A stretch of DNA of 53,938 nt from Alphaproteobacteria bacterium (lineage in GTDB: Bacteria > Pseudomonadota > Alphaproteobacteria > RF32 > CAG-239): contig JBGUGE010000062.1 in NCBI GenBank assembly GCA_045111335.1, positions 1 to 53,938 on the forward strand. Reading direction: 5' to 3'. The position numbers and the translations under genes are program-made. Shown piece after piece: positions 1 to 9,056 of the stretch. Positions within the stretch are counted from its first letter, which is position 1. Each line of letters opens with the position of its first letter. The notes under the pieces are model-generated. The model had not been told where the DNA came from and searched no databases. It was given only the letters and a program-made list of their open reading frames with translations.

Positions 1-177
1 GTTTTGGTGTATGATTAAAAGTAGCTTTATAATAAAATTCACAAAGTTAAGATGATATAGGCTTAAATGTTATTTGTTACAAGCATATAATTCAAACAAC
101 GGAGAGCACCTGATTACATAGAAAAAGAAGCCTTTTTTGTAGAGTTTAAAAAACACATCAGAGAAAAAATATATCCC

Positions 178-379
178 GAAATGACGGATAACGAGATAAA
201 TACGAAGTATGCCGGTTGGCGCAGTGTACGACAATAGTATAAAATTGTCGCCGGTTCACATCGCGACAAGAAAAATCAAACAGCAAAAAAATACACACTG
301 AAATACGGATAGTGTGTAAATACGAAGAACACCGCCTTGCGTAGTGTACAACAATAGTACATAAGCAAGACGGTGTTCA
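178..379. repeat. Two tandem ~80-nt degenerate modules (178-258 and 300-379, period ~122 bp) downstream of tuf, with conserved blocks GAAAT(G)ACGGATA, TAAATACGAAG and AGTGTAC(G/A)ACAATAGTA
   Basis: By-eye alignment of the two stretches. The conserved blocks are identical or nearly so and the rest is diverged. Confidence 0.6.
285..318 (-). terminator. Rho-independent terminator in the tuf 3' region
   Basis: On the minus strand, an 8-bp perfect stem TACACACT/AGTGTGTA with an 11-nt loop is followed by T7. It lies 81 nt after the tuf stop and after a 14-bp (1 mismatch) hairpin at 327-378. Confidence 0.6.
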
Positions 380-398
380 AGTAGTTACTAGCTAGACG

Positions 399-1589
399 TT
401 ATTTCAAAATTTTAGAAACAACGCCGGCGCCAACAGTTCTGCCGCCTTCACGAATAGCAAAGCGTAAACCTTCGCTCATCGCAATCGGGTTCAACAATTG
501 TACCGTAATCGTTACGTTATCTCCAGGCATAACCATTTCCGTACCTTCCGGCAATTTAATCGTGCCGGTAACATCTGTTGTACGGAAATAAAATTGCGGA
601 CGATAGTTAGAGAAGAACGGAGTATGACGGCCGCCTTCTTCTTTCGTCAAAATGTAGCATTCGCTGGTGAAATCTGTATGTGGTGTAATCGTTCCAGGTG
701 CTGCCAATACTTGACCGCGTTCAACTTCTTCACGCTTGGTACCGCGCAGCAATACACCGATGTTATCGCCGGCTTCACCTTCATCGAGCAATTTACGGAA
801 CATCTCAATACCCGTGCAGGTGGTTTTAGCTGTCGGACGAATACCAACAATTTCAATTTCATCACCTACATGCAATACACCGCGCTCAACACGACCGGTA
901 ACAACCGTACCGCGGCCAGATATTGAGAACACATCTTCAATCGGCATCAAAAACGGTTGATCCAACGGACGTGTCGGTTCCGGAATATAGCTATCTACCG
1001 CATTCATCAATTCAATAATTGAATCGTGGCCGATAGTTTTGTCGCCGTCTTCCAATACTGCTAATGCAGAACCTTTAACAATCGGAATCTCATCACCAGG
1101 GAAACCGTATGAGCTCAACAAATCACGAATTTCCATTTCTACCAATTCCAGCAATTCCGGATCATCTACTTGGTCTACTTTGTTCATATATACCACAATC
1201 GCCGGAACTCCTACTTGACGTGCAAGCAAAATGTGTTCACGGGTTTGCGGCATCGGACCGTCTGCTGCAGAAACTACCAAAATTGCACCGTCCATTTGTG
1301 CCGCACCGGTAATCATGTTCTTAACATAGTCAGCGTGGCCCGGGCAGTCTACGTGTGCATAGTGACGATTCTTGGTCTCATATTCTACGTGTGCCGTAGA
1401 AATCGTAATACCGCGTGCGCGTTCTTCCGGAGCTTTATCAATTTGATCATATGCTGTAAAGCTTGCGCCGCCTTCTTCTGCCAATACTTTTGTAATGGCT
1501 GCGGTCAATGTCGTTTTGCCGTGGTCTACGTGACCAATCGTACCAATGTTGCAGTGCGGTTTCGTCCGCTCAAATTTTTCTTTTGCCAT
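399..1589 (-). CDS. tuf: Elongation factor Tu
   Basis: 396-aa ORF with [18 protein letters not shown] and NKVD GTPase motifs. It reads as EF-Tu over its full length. Confidence 0.98.
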   Translation of the reverse strand: MAKEKFERTKPHCNIGTIGHVDHGKTTLTAAITKVLAEEGGASFTAYDQIDKAPEERARGITISTAHVEYETKNRHYAHVDCPGHADYVKNMITGAAQMDGAILVVSAADGPMPQTREHILLARQVGVPAIVVYMNKVDQVDDPELLELVEMEIRDLLSSYGFPGDEIPIVKGSALAVLEDGDKTIGHDSIIELMNAVDSYIPEPTRPLDQPFLMPIEDVFSISGRGTVVTGRVERGVLHVGDEIEIVGIRPTAKTTCTGIEMFRKLLDEGEAGDNIGVLLRGTKREEVERGQVLAAPGTITPHTDFTSECYILTKEEGGRHTPFFSNYRPQFYFRTTDVTGTIKLPEGTEMVMPGDNVTITVQLLNPIAMSEGLRFAIREGGRTVGAGVVSKILK

Positions 1590-1638
1590 GTTTATTATCC
1601 TATTTATAATGTTAAAGACTTTACAATGTTAAGAGAAT

Positions 1639-1712
1639 TGGAGCGGGTGAGGGGAATCGAACCCCCGTAGTAAGCTTGGAAGGCTTCTGCTCTACCATTG
1701 AGCTACACCCGC
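1639..1712 (-). tRNA. tRNA-Gly (anticodon TCC)
   Basis: The reverse complement GCGGGTGTAGCTCAATGGTAGAGCAGAAGCCTTCCAAGCTTAC...GGTTCGATTCCCCTCACCCGCTCCA folds as a cloverleaf. The anticodon loop is CTTCCAA and CCA is encoded. Confidence 0.9.
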
Positions 1713-1760
1713 TTAAAAGCTTAGCATCGTAATTAAAAACCCCTTAAGAGAGATTTTTAG

Positions 1761-1846
1761 TGGTGGAGGGGGATGGATTCGAACCATCGTAGACGAAAGT
1801 CGACGGATTTACAGTCCGTTGCATTTGACCGCTCTGCCACCCCTCC
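1761..1846 (-). tRNA. tRNA-Tyr (anticodon GTA), long variable arm
   Basis: The reverse complement is GGAGGGGTGGCAGAGCGGTCAAATGCAACGGACTGTAAATCCGT...GATGGTTCGAATCCATCCCCCTCCACCA. The anticodon loop is CTGTAAA and CCA is encoded. Confidence 0.9.
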
Positions 1847-1901
1847 GTTACATTCTTTCTTCAGGGGTCTGGATGAGCCAACCATAACGGTCGCTCAGTG
1901 C

Positions 1902-1931
1902 TTATAATCATTATTTTTTATCAAATGTCAA
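1902..1931 (-). promoter_or_regulatory. Candidate sigma70 promoter for the tRNA-Tyr/tRNA-Gly/tuf operon
   Basis: Minus strand reads TTGACA-N18-TTATAA with a TG extended -10. It lies ~50 nt upstream of the tRNA-Tyr 5' end. Confidence 0.45.
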
Positions 1932-1998
1932 TCATTTTTTTATACTTTGTTAAAATATCGGTGCTATAAATTAGTAACATATTGAAAAGAGGTAAAAT

Positions 1999-2874
1999 AT
2001 GAATGCGGTCACAGAAAATATAAATCCGGCAACGATAAATATAGATATACAGAACGGCGAGGAAATCGCTCGTTTGATAAATAACGAAGATAAAAAAGTG
2101 GCAGAGGCAATCGCAAAAATTTTGCCCGATATCGGAGCGGCAATTGATATGATTGCCGAAAAACTGCGCAGCGGCGGGCGGATGGCTTATTTCGGCAGCG
2201 GTACCAGCGGACGTATCGGTATTCTTGACGCCTCTGAAATGCCGCCGACATACGGTGTGCGCGAGGATATGATTCAAGGATATATTTCCGGAGGCGAGCG
2301 CGCGGTGCGTTATTCTGTGGAAAGCGCCGAAGATAAGGAGGAGTTGGCCCAAGAGGATTTGGCAAATTTTAAGCCGACAGCCGACGATGTGGTGGTAGCA
2401 ATATCAGCCAGCGGTAATCCGCAATATACGCTTAAAATTTTGCAGCTTGCCCGCGAAAAAGGTGTTGCCACCGTTGCGATTACTTCAAATCCGGAAGCAA
2501 AATTTAAGCCGTACGCTGATATTTTTCTGTGTGCTTTGGTCGGTCCGGAAGCGGTTTCGGGTTCATCGCGGATGAAATCGGGAACGGCGCAAAAAATGAT
2601 TGTCAATATGTTGTCGACCGGTGCAATGATCCGCCTCGGCAAAACCTACAAAAATTATATGATAGATGTGCAAATCAGTAATGATAAATTACGTGAGCGG
2701 GCATTGCGTTATGTCTGCGAAATTACCGGTGCGGATGAGTTTGCGGCTCAAGAGGCGTTACATGCCTCGGGGAATGTTAAAACCGCATGCGTTATGATTG
2801 CAAAAAAGTGCAATAAAGCACAGGCAGAGCAGATGCTGAAGCAAAATGAAGGAATTTTGCGGCGGATTTTATAG
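1999..2874 (+). CDS. murQ: N-acetylmuramic acid 6-phosphate etherase (SIS domain)
   Basis: 291 aa with a GSGTSGRIG SIS motif and the typical MurQ length. An AGAGG RBS precedes the ATG. Confidence 0.85.
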   Translation: MNAVTENINPATINIDIQNGEEIARLINNEDKKVAEAIAKILPDIGAAIDMIAEKLRSGGRMAYFGSGTSGRIGILDASEMPPTYGVREDMIQGYISGGERAVRYSVESAEDKEELAQEDLANFKPTADDVVVAISASGNPQYTLKILQLAREKGVATVAITSNPEAKFKPYADIFLCALVGPEAVSGSSRMKSGTAQKMIVNMLSTGAMIRLGKTYKNYMIDVQISNDKLRERALRYVCEITGADEFAAQEALHASGNVKTACVMIAKKCNKAQAEQMLKQNEGILRRIL

Positions 2875-3423
2875 ATTGCTTTTTGCAATTTTTTGATAAA
2901 TTTCATCAGCCGACAATCGGTTTAACATCGACGGCGTTAAGTTGATTTTTTGCCACGTTTCGGCCGGGATTTCCGGCTTTTTGATAATTTGTAATTTAAA
3001 GTTTTCGGCCAACATTTCGTTTTTGTTTTCTGCGGTTAACAGACATACCTCGCCTGCGCCCAAAAACGGCAATCCCAACTTTTCGACTACCGGCAAATGC
3101 GTTACAAAATGATAATATGATACCGAATCATCGGTATATTGCAGAAGTTTGTTGATAAATTCGGTAATGGCAAATTTTGTGGCGTTTTCTTCCAAAGCTT
3201 CAATACAGAGCAGGTGATTTGTCTTCATACCGAGCGCCTCAAAACGTGCCGTTTCGACTGCCCGTGCCAACGGTGAATGATAAATTGCGGCGCACTCCGG
3301 TAACCATGATTTGAATTGCCGTCCGGTCAAAAATGCCGCAATCATATCTTCGCGCTCGATTGCTGTATCATTGCCGTAACGCTCATGTCGGCCGAAACTT
3401 AAATAAAATTTATTCGGCGTCAT
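2869..3423 (-). CDS. Histidine phosphatase superfamily protein, SixA-like
   Basis: 184 aa with an N-terminal GRHE(R) motif, HSPLARAVETA and FVTHLP blocks that resemble SixA. Confidence 0.55.
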   Translation of the reverse strand: MTPNKFYLSFGRHERYGNDTAIEREDMIAAFLTGRQFKSWLPECAAIYHSPLARAVETARFEALGMKTNHLLCIEALEENATKFAITEFINKLLQYTDDSVSYYHFVTHLPVVEKLGLPFLGAGEVCLLTAENKNEMLAENFKLQIIKKPEIPAETWQKINLTPSMLNRLSADEIYQKIAKSNL

Positions 3424-4390
3424 TCGGAGCAGTCTTTTTGAAAACGGAGAGTAAAATGCCGCCGGTCAGCAAGCCCAAAGTAACCGCCAGCGATTGCCAC
3501 TCATGCACCTCAATACCGAAATATTTGAAGAAAATTTTGGCACCGATAAAGATGAGAATAATCGAAATCGCCGGCTTGAGATAAGCAAATTTGCTGATAA
3601 TCGCCGCCAACAGAAAATACAGTGCGCGCAAGCCTAAAATGGCGAAAATATTGCTGGTGTAAACCACAAAAATATCGGTTGTCACCAAGAAAATCGCCGG
3701 AATGGAATCAAGCGCAAACACAACATCCATCAGCTCAATCGTCACCAAAGCAAAGAACAGCGGAGTAATGTAATGCCGGCCGTTTTCTTTAACAAAAAAG
3801 TGTTCTCCCTTAATTTCGTGCGTAACGTGGAAAAGCTTGGAAACCATTTTAAAAATCCGGCTGTCACGAATATCGACATCTTCATCTTCTTTCATCAGCA
3901 ACATCTTGATACCGGTATAAATCAAAAACGCGGAGAACAGATACAAAATCCAGTTAAACCGCACTACCAATGCATCACCGACGCCGATAAGAATACCGCG
4001 CATTATTAATGCCCCCAAAATACCCCAAAACAACACGCGATGCTGATATTTGCTCGGCACTCCCAGAGCGGCGAATACCATAGACATTACAAATATATTA
4101 TCCATTGACAGACTTTTTTCGAGTAAGTAACCGGTAAAATAGTCCATACCCTTTTCGGCGCCGTCTTCGATCCATACGAATGCGCCAAATACTACGGCCA
4201 CGGCTATATAAGCTACGCAAATCCACAATGTATGCCAAAAGTGCGGTTCTTCGTTTTTGCGATTAAACCAAAATAAATCGGCCGCCAAAAGCAATACCAC
4301 CGTAATGCCGAAACAAGTCCACAGCCAAAACGGCGGCAAGGTGTGGTGCGGTGCAGATAAAAAGCCTAAAAGAGTGTTCCAAAGTTCCAT
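3410..4390 (-). CDS. TerC/Alx family integral membrane protein
   Basis: 326-aa polytopic membrane protein with the duplicated SxDNIF / ALDSIPAIF TerC signatures. Confidence 0.8.
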   Translation of the reverse strand: MELWNTLLGFLSAPHHTLPPFWLWTCFGITVVLLLAADLFWFNRKNEEPHFWHTLWICVAYIAVAVVFGAFVWIEDGAEKGMDYFTGYLLEKSLSMDNIFVMSMVFAALGVPSKYQHRVLFWGILGALIMRGILIGVGDALVVRFNWILYLFSAFLIYTGIKMLLMKEDEDVDIRDSRIFKMVSKLFHVTHEIKGEHFFVKENGRHYITPLFFALVTIELMDVVFALDSIPAIFLVTTDIFVVYTSNIFAILGLRALYFLLAAIISKFAYLKPAISIILIFIGAKIFFKYFGIEVHEWQSLAVTLGLLTGGILLSVFKKTAPNDAE

Positions 4391-5367
4391 TATTTTTCTT
4401 CCAAATTATAAGTTGTCTGAATAATTTTATCAATATCGGTATATTGCGGTACCCAGTTCAAAATCTGCTTTGCCAGCGCATTATCTGCCACCAAAGAGGC
4501 CGGGTCACCGGCGCGTCGCGGAGCAAATTCATAACAGATTTTTTTGCCGCTTACTCTTTCGGCTGCCGCAATGATTTCCAAAACGGAAGTTCCTTTGCCG
4601 GTACTTAAATTGATGATATGCGATTGTGGCTGTTTCATAAGTTTTTTGATGGCCGCAACATGAGCACTTGCCAAATCTTCAACATGAATATAATCCCGTA
4701 CGCAAGTACCGTCCGGTGTATCATAATCATTACCGAAAACCAGTAATTTTTCGCGTTTACCGCTCAATACCTCCATAATAATCGGCAGCAGATTCTGCGG
4801 GTTTTGCTCTTTGCCTTTGACCGAACCGTCGGCGGCGTAGCCCACAGCATTAAAATAACGCAGAGCCACATAATGAAAGTCTTTGAGGCGGCTGTACCAA
4901 TCCATTACCCGTTCTATTTCGGCCTTGGTAAACCCGTAAAAATTCATCGGATTAACCGGATGTTTCTCATCAACCGGCAAATATTGCGGCATACCGTATA
5001 CGGCCGCGGTGGAAGAAAAAATCACGTTTTTAACCCCGCAATCAACCATGGCATTAAAAATATTGACGGCGCCGCAGAGATTGTTTTTAGCATAAAGTTG
5101 CGGGTTTTCCATCGATTCGCCGACAGCTTTTTTTGCCGCCATATGTACAACTGCGTCAAAACCTGCCGACATCACCTGATGCAACTTGGCCTCATCGGCA
5201 ATATCTCCTTCAACAAACTCGGCATCGGCAAACAAATTGCACTTCTGTCCGGTCGACATATTATCATATACCGTAACGGCAAAGTCATTTTCCAAAAGCG
5301 CCTTTACCACGTGGCTGCCGATATATCCGGCACCGCCGATAACCAAAACTTTCCCTGCAGATGACAT
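4390..5367 (-). CDS. galE: UDP-glucose 4-epimerase
   Basis: 325 aa with a GGAGYIGSH Rossmann motif, a YGxxK catalytic motif and SDR-extended architecture. Confidence 0.85.
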   Translation of the reverse strand: MSSAGKVLVIGGAGYIGSHVVKALLENDFAVTVYDNMSTGQKCNLFADAEFVEGDIADEAKLHQVMSAGFDAVVHMAAKKAVGESMENPQLYAKNNLCGAVNIFNAMVDCGVKNVIFSSTAAVYGMPQYLPVDEKHPVNPMNFYGFTKAEIERVMDWYSRLKDFHYVALRYFNAVGYAADGSVKGKEQNPQNLLPIIMEVLSGKREKLLVFGNDYDTPDGTCVRDYIHVEDLASAHVAAIKKLMKQPQSHIINLSTGKGTSVLEIIAAAERVSGKKICYEFAPRRAGDPASLVADNALAKQILNWVPQYTDIDKIIQTTYNLEEK

Positions 5368-5445
5368 TACTTGCTCCCTTGAAAATCAATTATTGTAGTT
5401 ATATTTAATTCTGATTGCTTTGTAAAGAAGATAATAAAAAAATTA

Positions 5446-6012
5446 TTACTCTTCAGGCATATAATCCAAAACCTCGCACACAATATCATAATCAAAGCCG
5501 GCGCGTACTAAAACCCCCATATCTTTTTGCCGAAATTCGCGCCGCGTCTCCGGCGGACGATACGGACCGATTTTTCTGCGTTCGGCCAGACGGAGAGCCA
5601 TGGTGAACGGGTCATACTCCTGCGCTGACAGCACATCTTGTATCTGTGCTTCGGCAATTCCTTTGGCCCGCAGTTTGTTCTGAATATAGCGAGCCGGTTT
5701 GCCGGCGCTCAGATAACCGCGCACCTTAATTTCGGCAAAGCGCGCATCATCCAAATAATGCAGGCGTTCAAATTCCGCTAAAATATTTTCCGCCCAATCA
5801 TAGGCTTCATGCTTGTTCCATTCGGGATTTTCGCGGGCATAAGCATCAATGCGCCGCCGCAATACCGAGCGCAGATTCGCCGTCGATGATTCAAAGCGCT
5901 TCAAATAGTATAAGCCGATATTTTTGAGCCGTTGCGGAGTGATTTTCTTTTGCGGCTTGCGCCGTGACGCGGTCTTTTGCGGCTGCATATTTTCATCATT
6001 GTCATCTAACAC
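5446..6012 (-). CDS. recX: RecA regulator RecX
   Basis: 188 aa with a basic N-terminus followed by RecX-type helical repeats (YLxRFESSxxxLR, LxxKGI). Confidence 0.75.
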   Translation of the reverse strand: MLDDNDENMQPQKTASRRKPQKKITPQRLKNIGLYYLKRFESSTANLRSVLRRRIDAYARENPEWNKHEAYDWAENILAEFERLHYLDDARFAEIKVRGYLSAGKPARYIQNKLRAKGIAEAQIQDVLSAQEYDPFTMALRLAERRKIGPYRPPETRREFRQKDMGVLVRAGFDYDIVCEVLDYMPEE

Positions 6013-6087
6013 TTGAAAATTCCTTTGAAATACATTAAATAAGTTCTAAAGTTGATGAAATCTTAGCATAAAAGAGGTTTTTAAATA

Positions 6088-6984
6088 ATGAACGATATCA
6101 GCATTTCTTTTAATTTGGATAACAATGCCTTTCGCGGGCGGATTGTGCGGTTAGATAAGGTTATGGCCGAAATTTTCAGCCATGCGCAATATCCCGACAA
6201 TGTGGCGGCGGCAATTTCCGAAACAACCGCGCTCGGTGTGTTGATTGCGAGCTTAATGAAGTTTGACGGTCTGTTCACGTTACAGCTTCAGGGCAGCGGA
6301 CCGATTTCGGTGTTGGTGGCCGATGTTACTTCTGCCGGCAAGGTGCGGGCAACAGCTAAATATGACGCTAAGGCTATTGAGGCGGCACAGGAATTGCGCA
6401 AAACTGCCGGCGAAATCGAACCGACACCGCATTGGTTGGAACACGGTAATCTGATTTTTACCATTGATCAGGGTAAAAATACCGAGTTGTATCAGGGTGT
6501 GGTTGATTTAAAGGGTAAAAACCTCGAAGAGTGCGCGTTGCGATATTTCAAAAATTCCGAACAAATCGATACCTATTTGCATCTTTATTTGGAAAAAGAC
6601 GGCGAGGTGTGGAAATCGGCCGGCATCCTGATTCAGAAAATGCCGCAAAAGGGCGGTGCCGAAGCCGCGGTTGATGACGAGGACTTAAAAGAGTTGTGGA
6701 ACGAAGATAAAATCCTGATGGACAGCCTCACTAAAGAAGAAATTTTTAACTTGGATTTGAAGGAAGTTTTATTCCGCCTGTTTCACGAGCATCAGGTGCG
6801 CGTCAGCAAAGAGCAGGAATATACCTTCGGTTGCCGTTGCAGTCGTGAAAAATTGCAACACACACTGAGCTCGATGAAGTCGGAAGATATTGCCGATATG
6901 GTCGAAGACGGCAAAATTACCGCTACCTGCAACTTCTGCGGTCAGGTTTATTCGTTTGATAAGGGTGAATTGCTGAAGCATTGA
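6088..6984 (+). CDS. hslO: Redox-regulated chaperone Hsp33
   Basis: 298 aa with the C-terminal CxC...CxxC zinc centre (CRCSREK ... CNFCG). Confidence 0.9.
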   Translation: MNDISISFNLDNNAFRGRIVRLDKVMAEIFSHAQYPDNVAAAISETTALGVLIASLMKFDGLFTLQLQGSGPISVLVADVTSAGKVRATAKYDAKAIEAAQELRKTAGEIEPTPHWLEHGNLIFTIDQGKNTELYQGVVDLKGKNLEECALRYFKNSEQIDTYLHLYLEKDGEVWKSAGILIQKMPQKGGAEAAVDDEDLKELWNEDKILMDSLTKEEIFNLDLKEVLFRLFHEHQVRVSKEQEYTFGCRCSREKLQHTLSSMKSEDIADMVEDGKITATCNFCGQVYSFDKGELLKH

Positions 6985-6993
6985 TTTGGAACA

Positions 6994-7039
6994 TAAAAAA
7001 AGCGTTCGGTGCATGAAATTTCTTCCATACGCCGAACGC
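6994..7039 (-). terminator. Intrinsic terminator downstream of the small membrane ORF
   Basis: Minus strand has an 8-bp stem GCGTTCGG/CCGAACGC with a large loop, followed by T7. Confidence 0.45.
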
Positions 7040-7055
7040 CGCTCGTGAAATCCGG

Positions 7056-7262
7056 TTATATATTTTTCCAGATTGCAACAAAAATTATGACTATCGCCAG
7101 AATTACCCAATTTCCGCCTAAGCAGAAAAGATATATTATTCCTCCGGCGCATCCAAGATCGAATAACCTTCCCAAGCAACCTTGGAAAAGGTACCCTTTC
7201 TCTAAAACCAGCCACCTGATTAACAGGATAACGGCTGCAATAATAATGATTGTTATTACCAT
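7056..7262 (-). CDS. Small hydrophobic (2-TM) protein, hypothetical
   Basis: The ORF ends 16 nt before a minus-strand terminator. Translation from the internal ATG gives two clear TM segments. The longer 98-aa version needs a TTG start, and the start site is uncertain. Confidence 0.35.
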   Translation of the reverse strand: MVITIIIIAAVILLIRWLVLEKGYLFQGCLGRLFDLGCAGGIIYLFCLGGNWVILAIVIIFVAIWKNI

Positions 7263-7471
7263 ATCTTCATATATTTTGATTGTTCGACATAAAAGGGATT
7301 TATTTGCGGTTAGCAAACTACACTCTCTTATGCAACCATCAAAACATTCCAAAAACCAAAAGCTTTTGAAAACGAATATGACAGTAACAATCGAAAGAAT
7401 AATTTAATAATCGCAAATATAATCCCTATAAATAACAATTATATTATAAACGATTTTTACGATTTTGGCAA

Positions 7472-7499
7472 GAAAAAAAGTCTCCGCCGGAGCGAAGAC
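7472..7499 (-). terminator. Intrinsic terminator after 7526..8167
   Basis: Minus strand reads GTCTTCGC-TCCG-GCGGAGAC (8 bp including a G-U pair) followed by T7. Confidence 0.6.
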
Positions 7500-7525
7500 C
7501 TTTCAGGAGGATTTGATAAAAAAAT

Positions 7526-8167
7526 CTATTTTTTGGTATGTCGGAACCATTTGACGGCATTGGCACATTCTTCTTCGCTTTTGCCTTTCACCCGACAGCG
7601 GTTGACCTCAACGGTCGGGTTTTTATCCATTGAAAAACAGCCGTCGCCCAAAAGCATAATATCGCGATAAGTTCTCACTCCCGGATTAACCTTAACCAAA
7701 TTGATGGCGGTACTGATTTCCGGCCATATCAATTTAAAGCCTAAGCTGTTCAGGCGTTCGGTCATGTCGTTCAACACAAAAATCCGCATTTTGCAACGCA
7801 CGATATTATCCATTCCTTTGCTGACGGAAAAGTTATCCGAAGAAATCAGGATTTTACGGTCTTTGTCGTCATCAAAAATAACTTTACCTTTGATGATTTT
7901 GAAACTGACCACCTTAGGAACACTGTTGTCATAAACCGGTTGTTCCGACTCTTTTTCGGAGCCGCTGATGTTGACAACCGCATCTTTTATGATTTCTTCC
8001 GATTCGGCTTTTGCTGCGGAAATCGGTGCCGGAGCCGGCGCTGTTTCCTGTACCTGTTGCGGTTGCGGCGTTGCGGCAGAAACTCCCGCGTTTCCGGAAA
8101 ACGTCTGAGCCGACGCGTTTACAACAGCGCAACAAAGAGCAACAAACAAATAACCAACCAGACGCAT
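7526..8167 (-). CDS. Exported hypothetical protein (signal peptide, P/Q/A-rich linker, Cys-containing C-terminal domain)
   Basis: 213 aa with signal peptide MRLVGYLFVALCCAVVNASAQ and an AAGGAAA RBS. The C-terminal domain resembles the next gene. Confidence 0.6.
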   Translation of the reverse strand: MRLVGYLFVALCCAVVNASAQTFSGNAGVSAATPQPQQVQETAPAPAPISAAKAESEEIIKDAVVNISGSEKESEQPVYDNSVPKVVSFKIIKGKVIFDDDKDRKILISSDNFSVSKGMDNIVRCKMRIFVLNDMTERLNSLGFKLIWPEISTAINLVKVNPGVRTYRDIMLLGDGCFSMDKNPTVEVNRCRVKGKSEEECANAVKWFRHTKK

Positions 8168-8187
8168 TGATATTTCCTTATTCGAGA

Positions 8188-8985
8188 TTAATCTTTTTTA
8201 TCCTCGTCCGTTTTCTCGGCAGCGCTGTCATCTTCAGCCTCCTGGTCGCTTTCTTCGACTTCTTCCGGCATAACAACGATTTTATCAAGCTCGGCGGAAA
8301 CTTCTTTTAAGTTTTCCAATGCCTTTTGGTAAACGGCTTCAATACCGGAAAGTTCGTGAGCTTTTGCCTCTTCAGCCTGTTGCTCCAAAACGCTGTCCGG
8401 AACATCCTTAAACTCCGAATAATATTCCGGGTTTTTCGAGTTGATATAGTTGAAACGATCGAGGCAACTGCCGCGATTGGTTTGCTGATTGTTCTTAATT
8501 TGAATCTTATCGCCCTCGGCAATACAGTCATTTACTTTATATTCTAACTGGTCGAGCAACAAAAAACATTTGTCGGTTGTGACCACTTGTTCAAAGCTCT
8601 TTTGCTGGTGCGGATAAACATCTTCCAGTTCAATATGCTTTACGATAAACGTTTCTGCATCTCTGATATCATCAACCGGCTTAACTTCGTCATCAACAAT
8701 ACGATATTTTTTCTCGATAGTGTCTTTCCAACGAAAATCCATGTTGATTTTTTCAACCTTTTTTTCCATACGGTTATATACGGTAACCAAAAAAGAGCAA
8801 CGATCGGTCAACCCGTCTTCATTTGTCAGCGGTTTAATATTTTCCACGCGGAACAAAATAGCGTTGGCATCGGAGGTTTTTTCAATTTCTTTATTTTGAA
8901 CAACCTCAGCATAAGAAGCCGCGGTCAAACCTAAGGCCAAACCAAGGGTTAAACTTGATGTGATAAATTTATTCATGAGACTCAT
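8188..8985 (-). CDS. Exported hypothetical protein with an acidic C-terminal tail, paralogue-like to 7526..8167
   Basis: The start was chosen at the ATG preceded by GGAG. The signal peptide is MSLMNKFITSSLTLGLALGLTAASYAE. Confidence 0.6.
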   Translation of the reverse strand: MSLMNKFITSSLTLGLALGLTAASYAEVVQNKEIEKTSDANAILFRVENIKPLTNEDGLTDRCSFLVTVYNRMEKKVEKINMDFRWKDTIEKKYRIVDDEVKPVDDIRDAETFIVKHIELEDVYPHQQKSFEQVVTTDKCFLLLDQLEYKVNDCIAEGDKIQIKNNQQTNRGSCLDRFNYINSKNPEYYSEFKDVPDSVLEQQAEEAKAHELSGIEAVYQKALENLKEVSAELDKIVVMPEEVEESDQEAEDDSAAEKTDEDKKD

Positions 8986-9056
8986 TTTTCTACTCCAAAG
9001 TATTAAATCTGACCATATCATACATAATTATTCTTTAATTTTTATTAATAAAAAAA

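Noticed and set aside
498-1670. Several 60-170-aa ORFs overlapping tuf on both strands.
   Set aside because: They lie entirely within the unmistakable EF-Tu coding sequence and are shadow ORFs. The same applies to antisense or out-of-frame ORFs inside parE, ptsP, lptD, surA, hisS, the glgA-like gene, the TPR gene and others in the ORF track.
7009-7407. Plus-strand 132-aa ORF in the hslO downstream gap.
   Set aside because: Its composition is basic and low-complexity, and it has no RBS and no downstream plus-strand terminator. It overlaps the more plausible minus-strand hydrophobic ORF, which does have a terminator.
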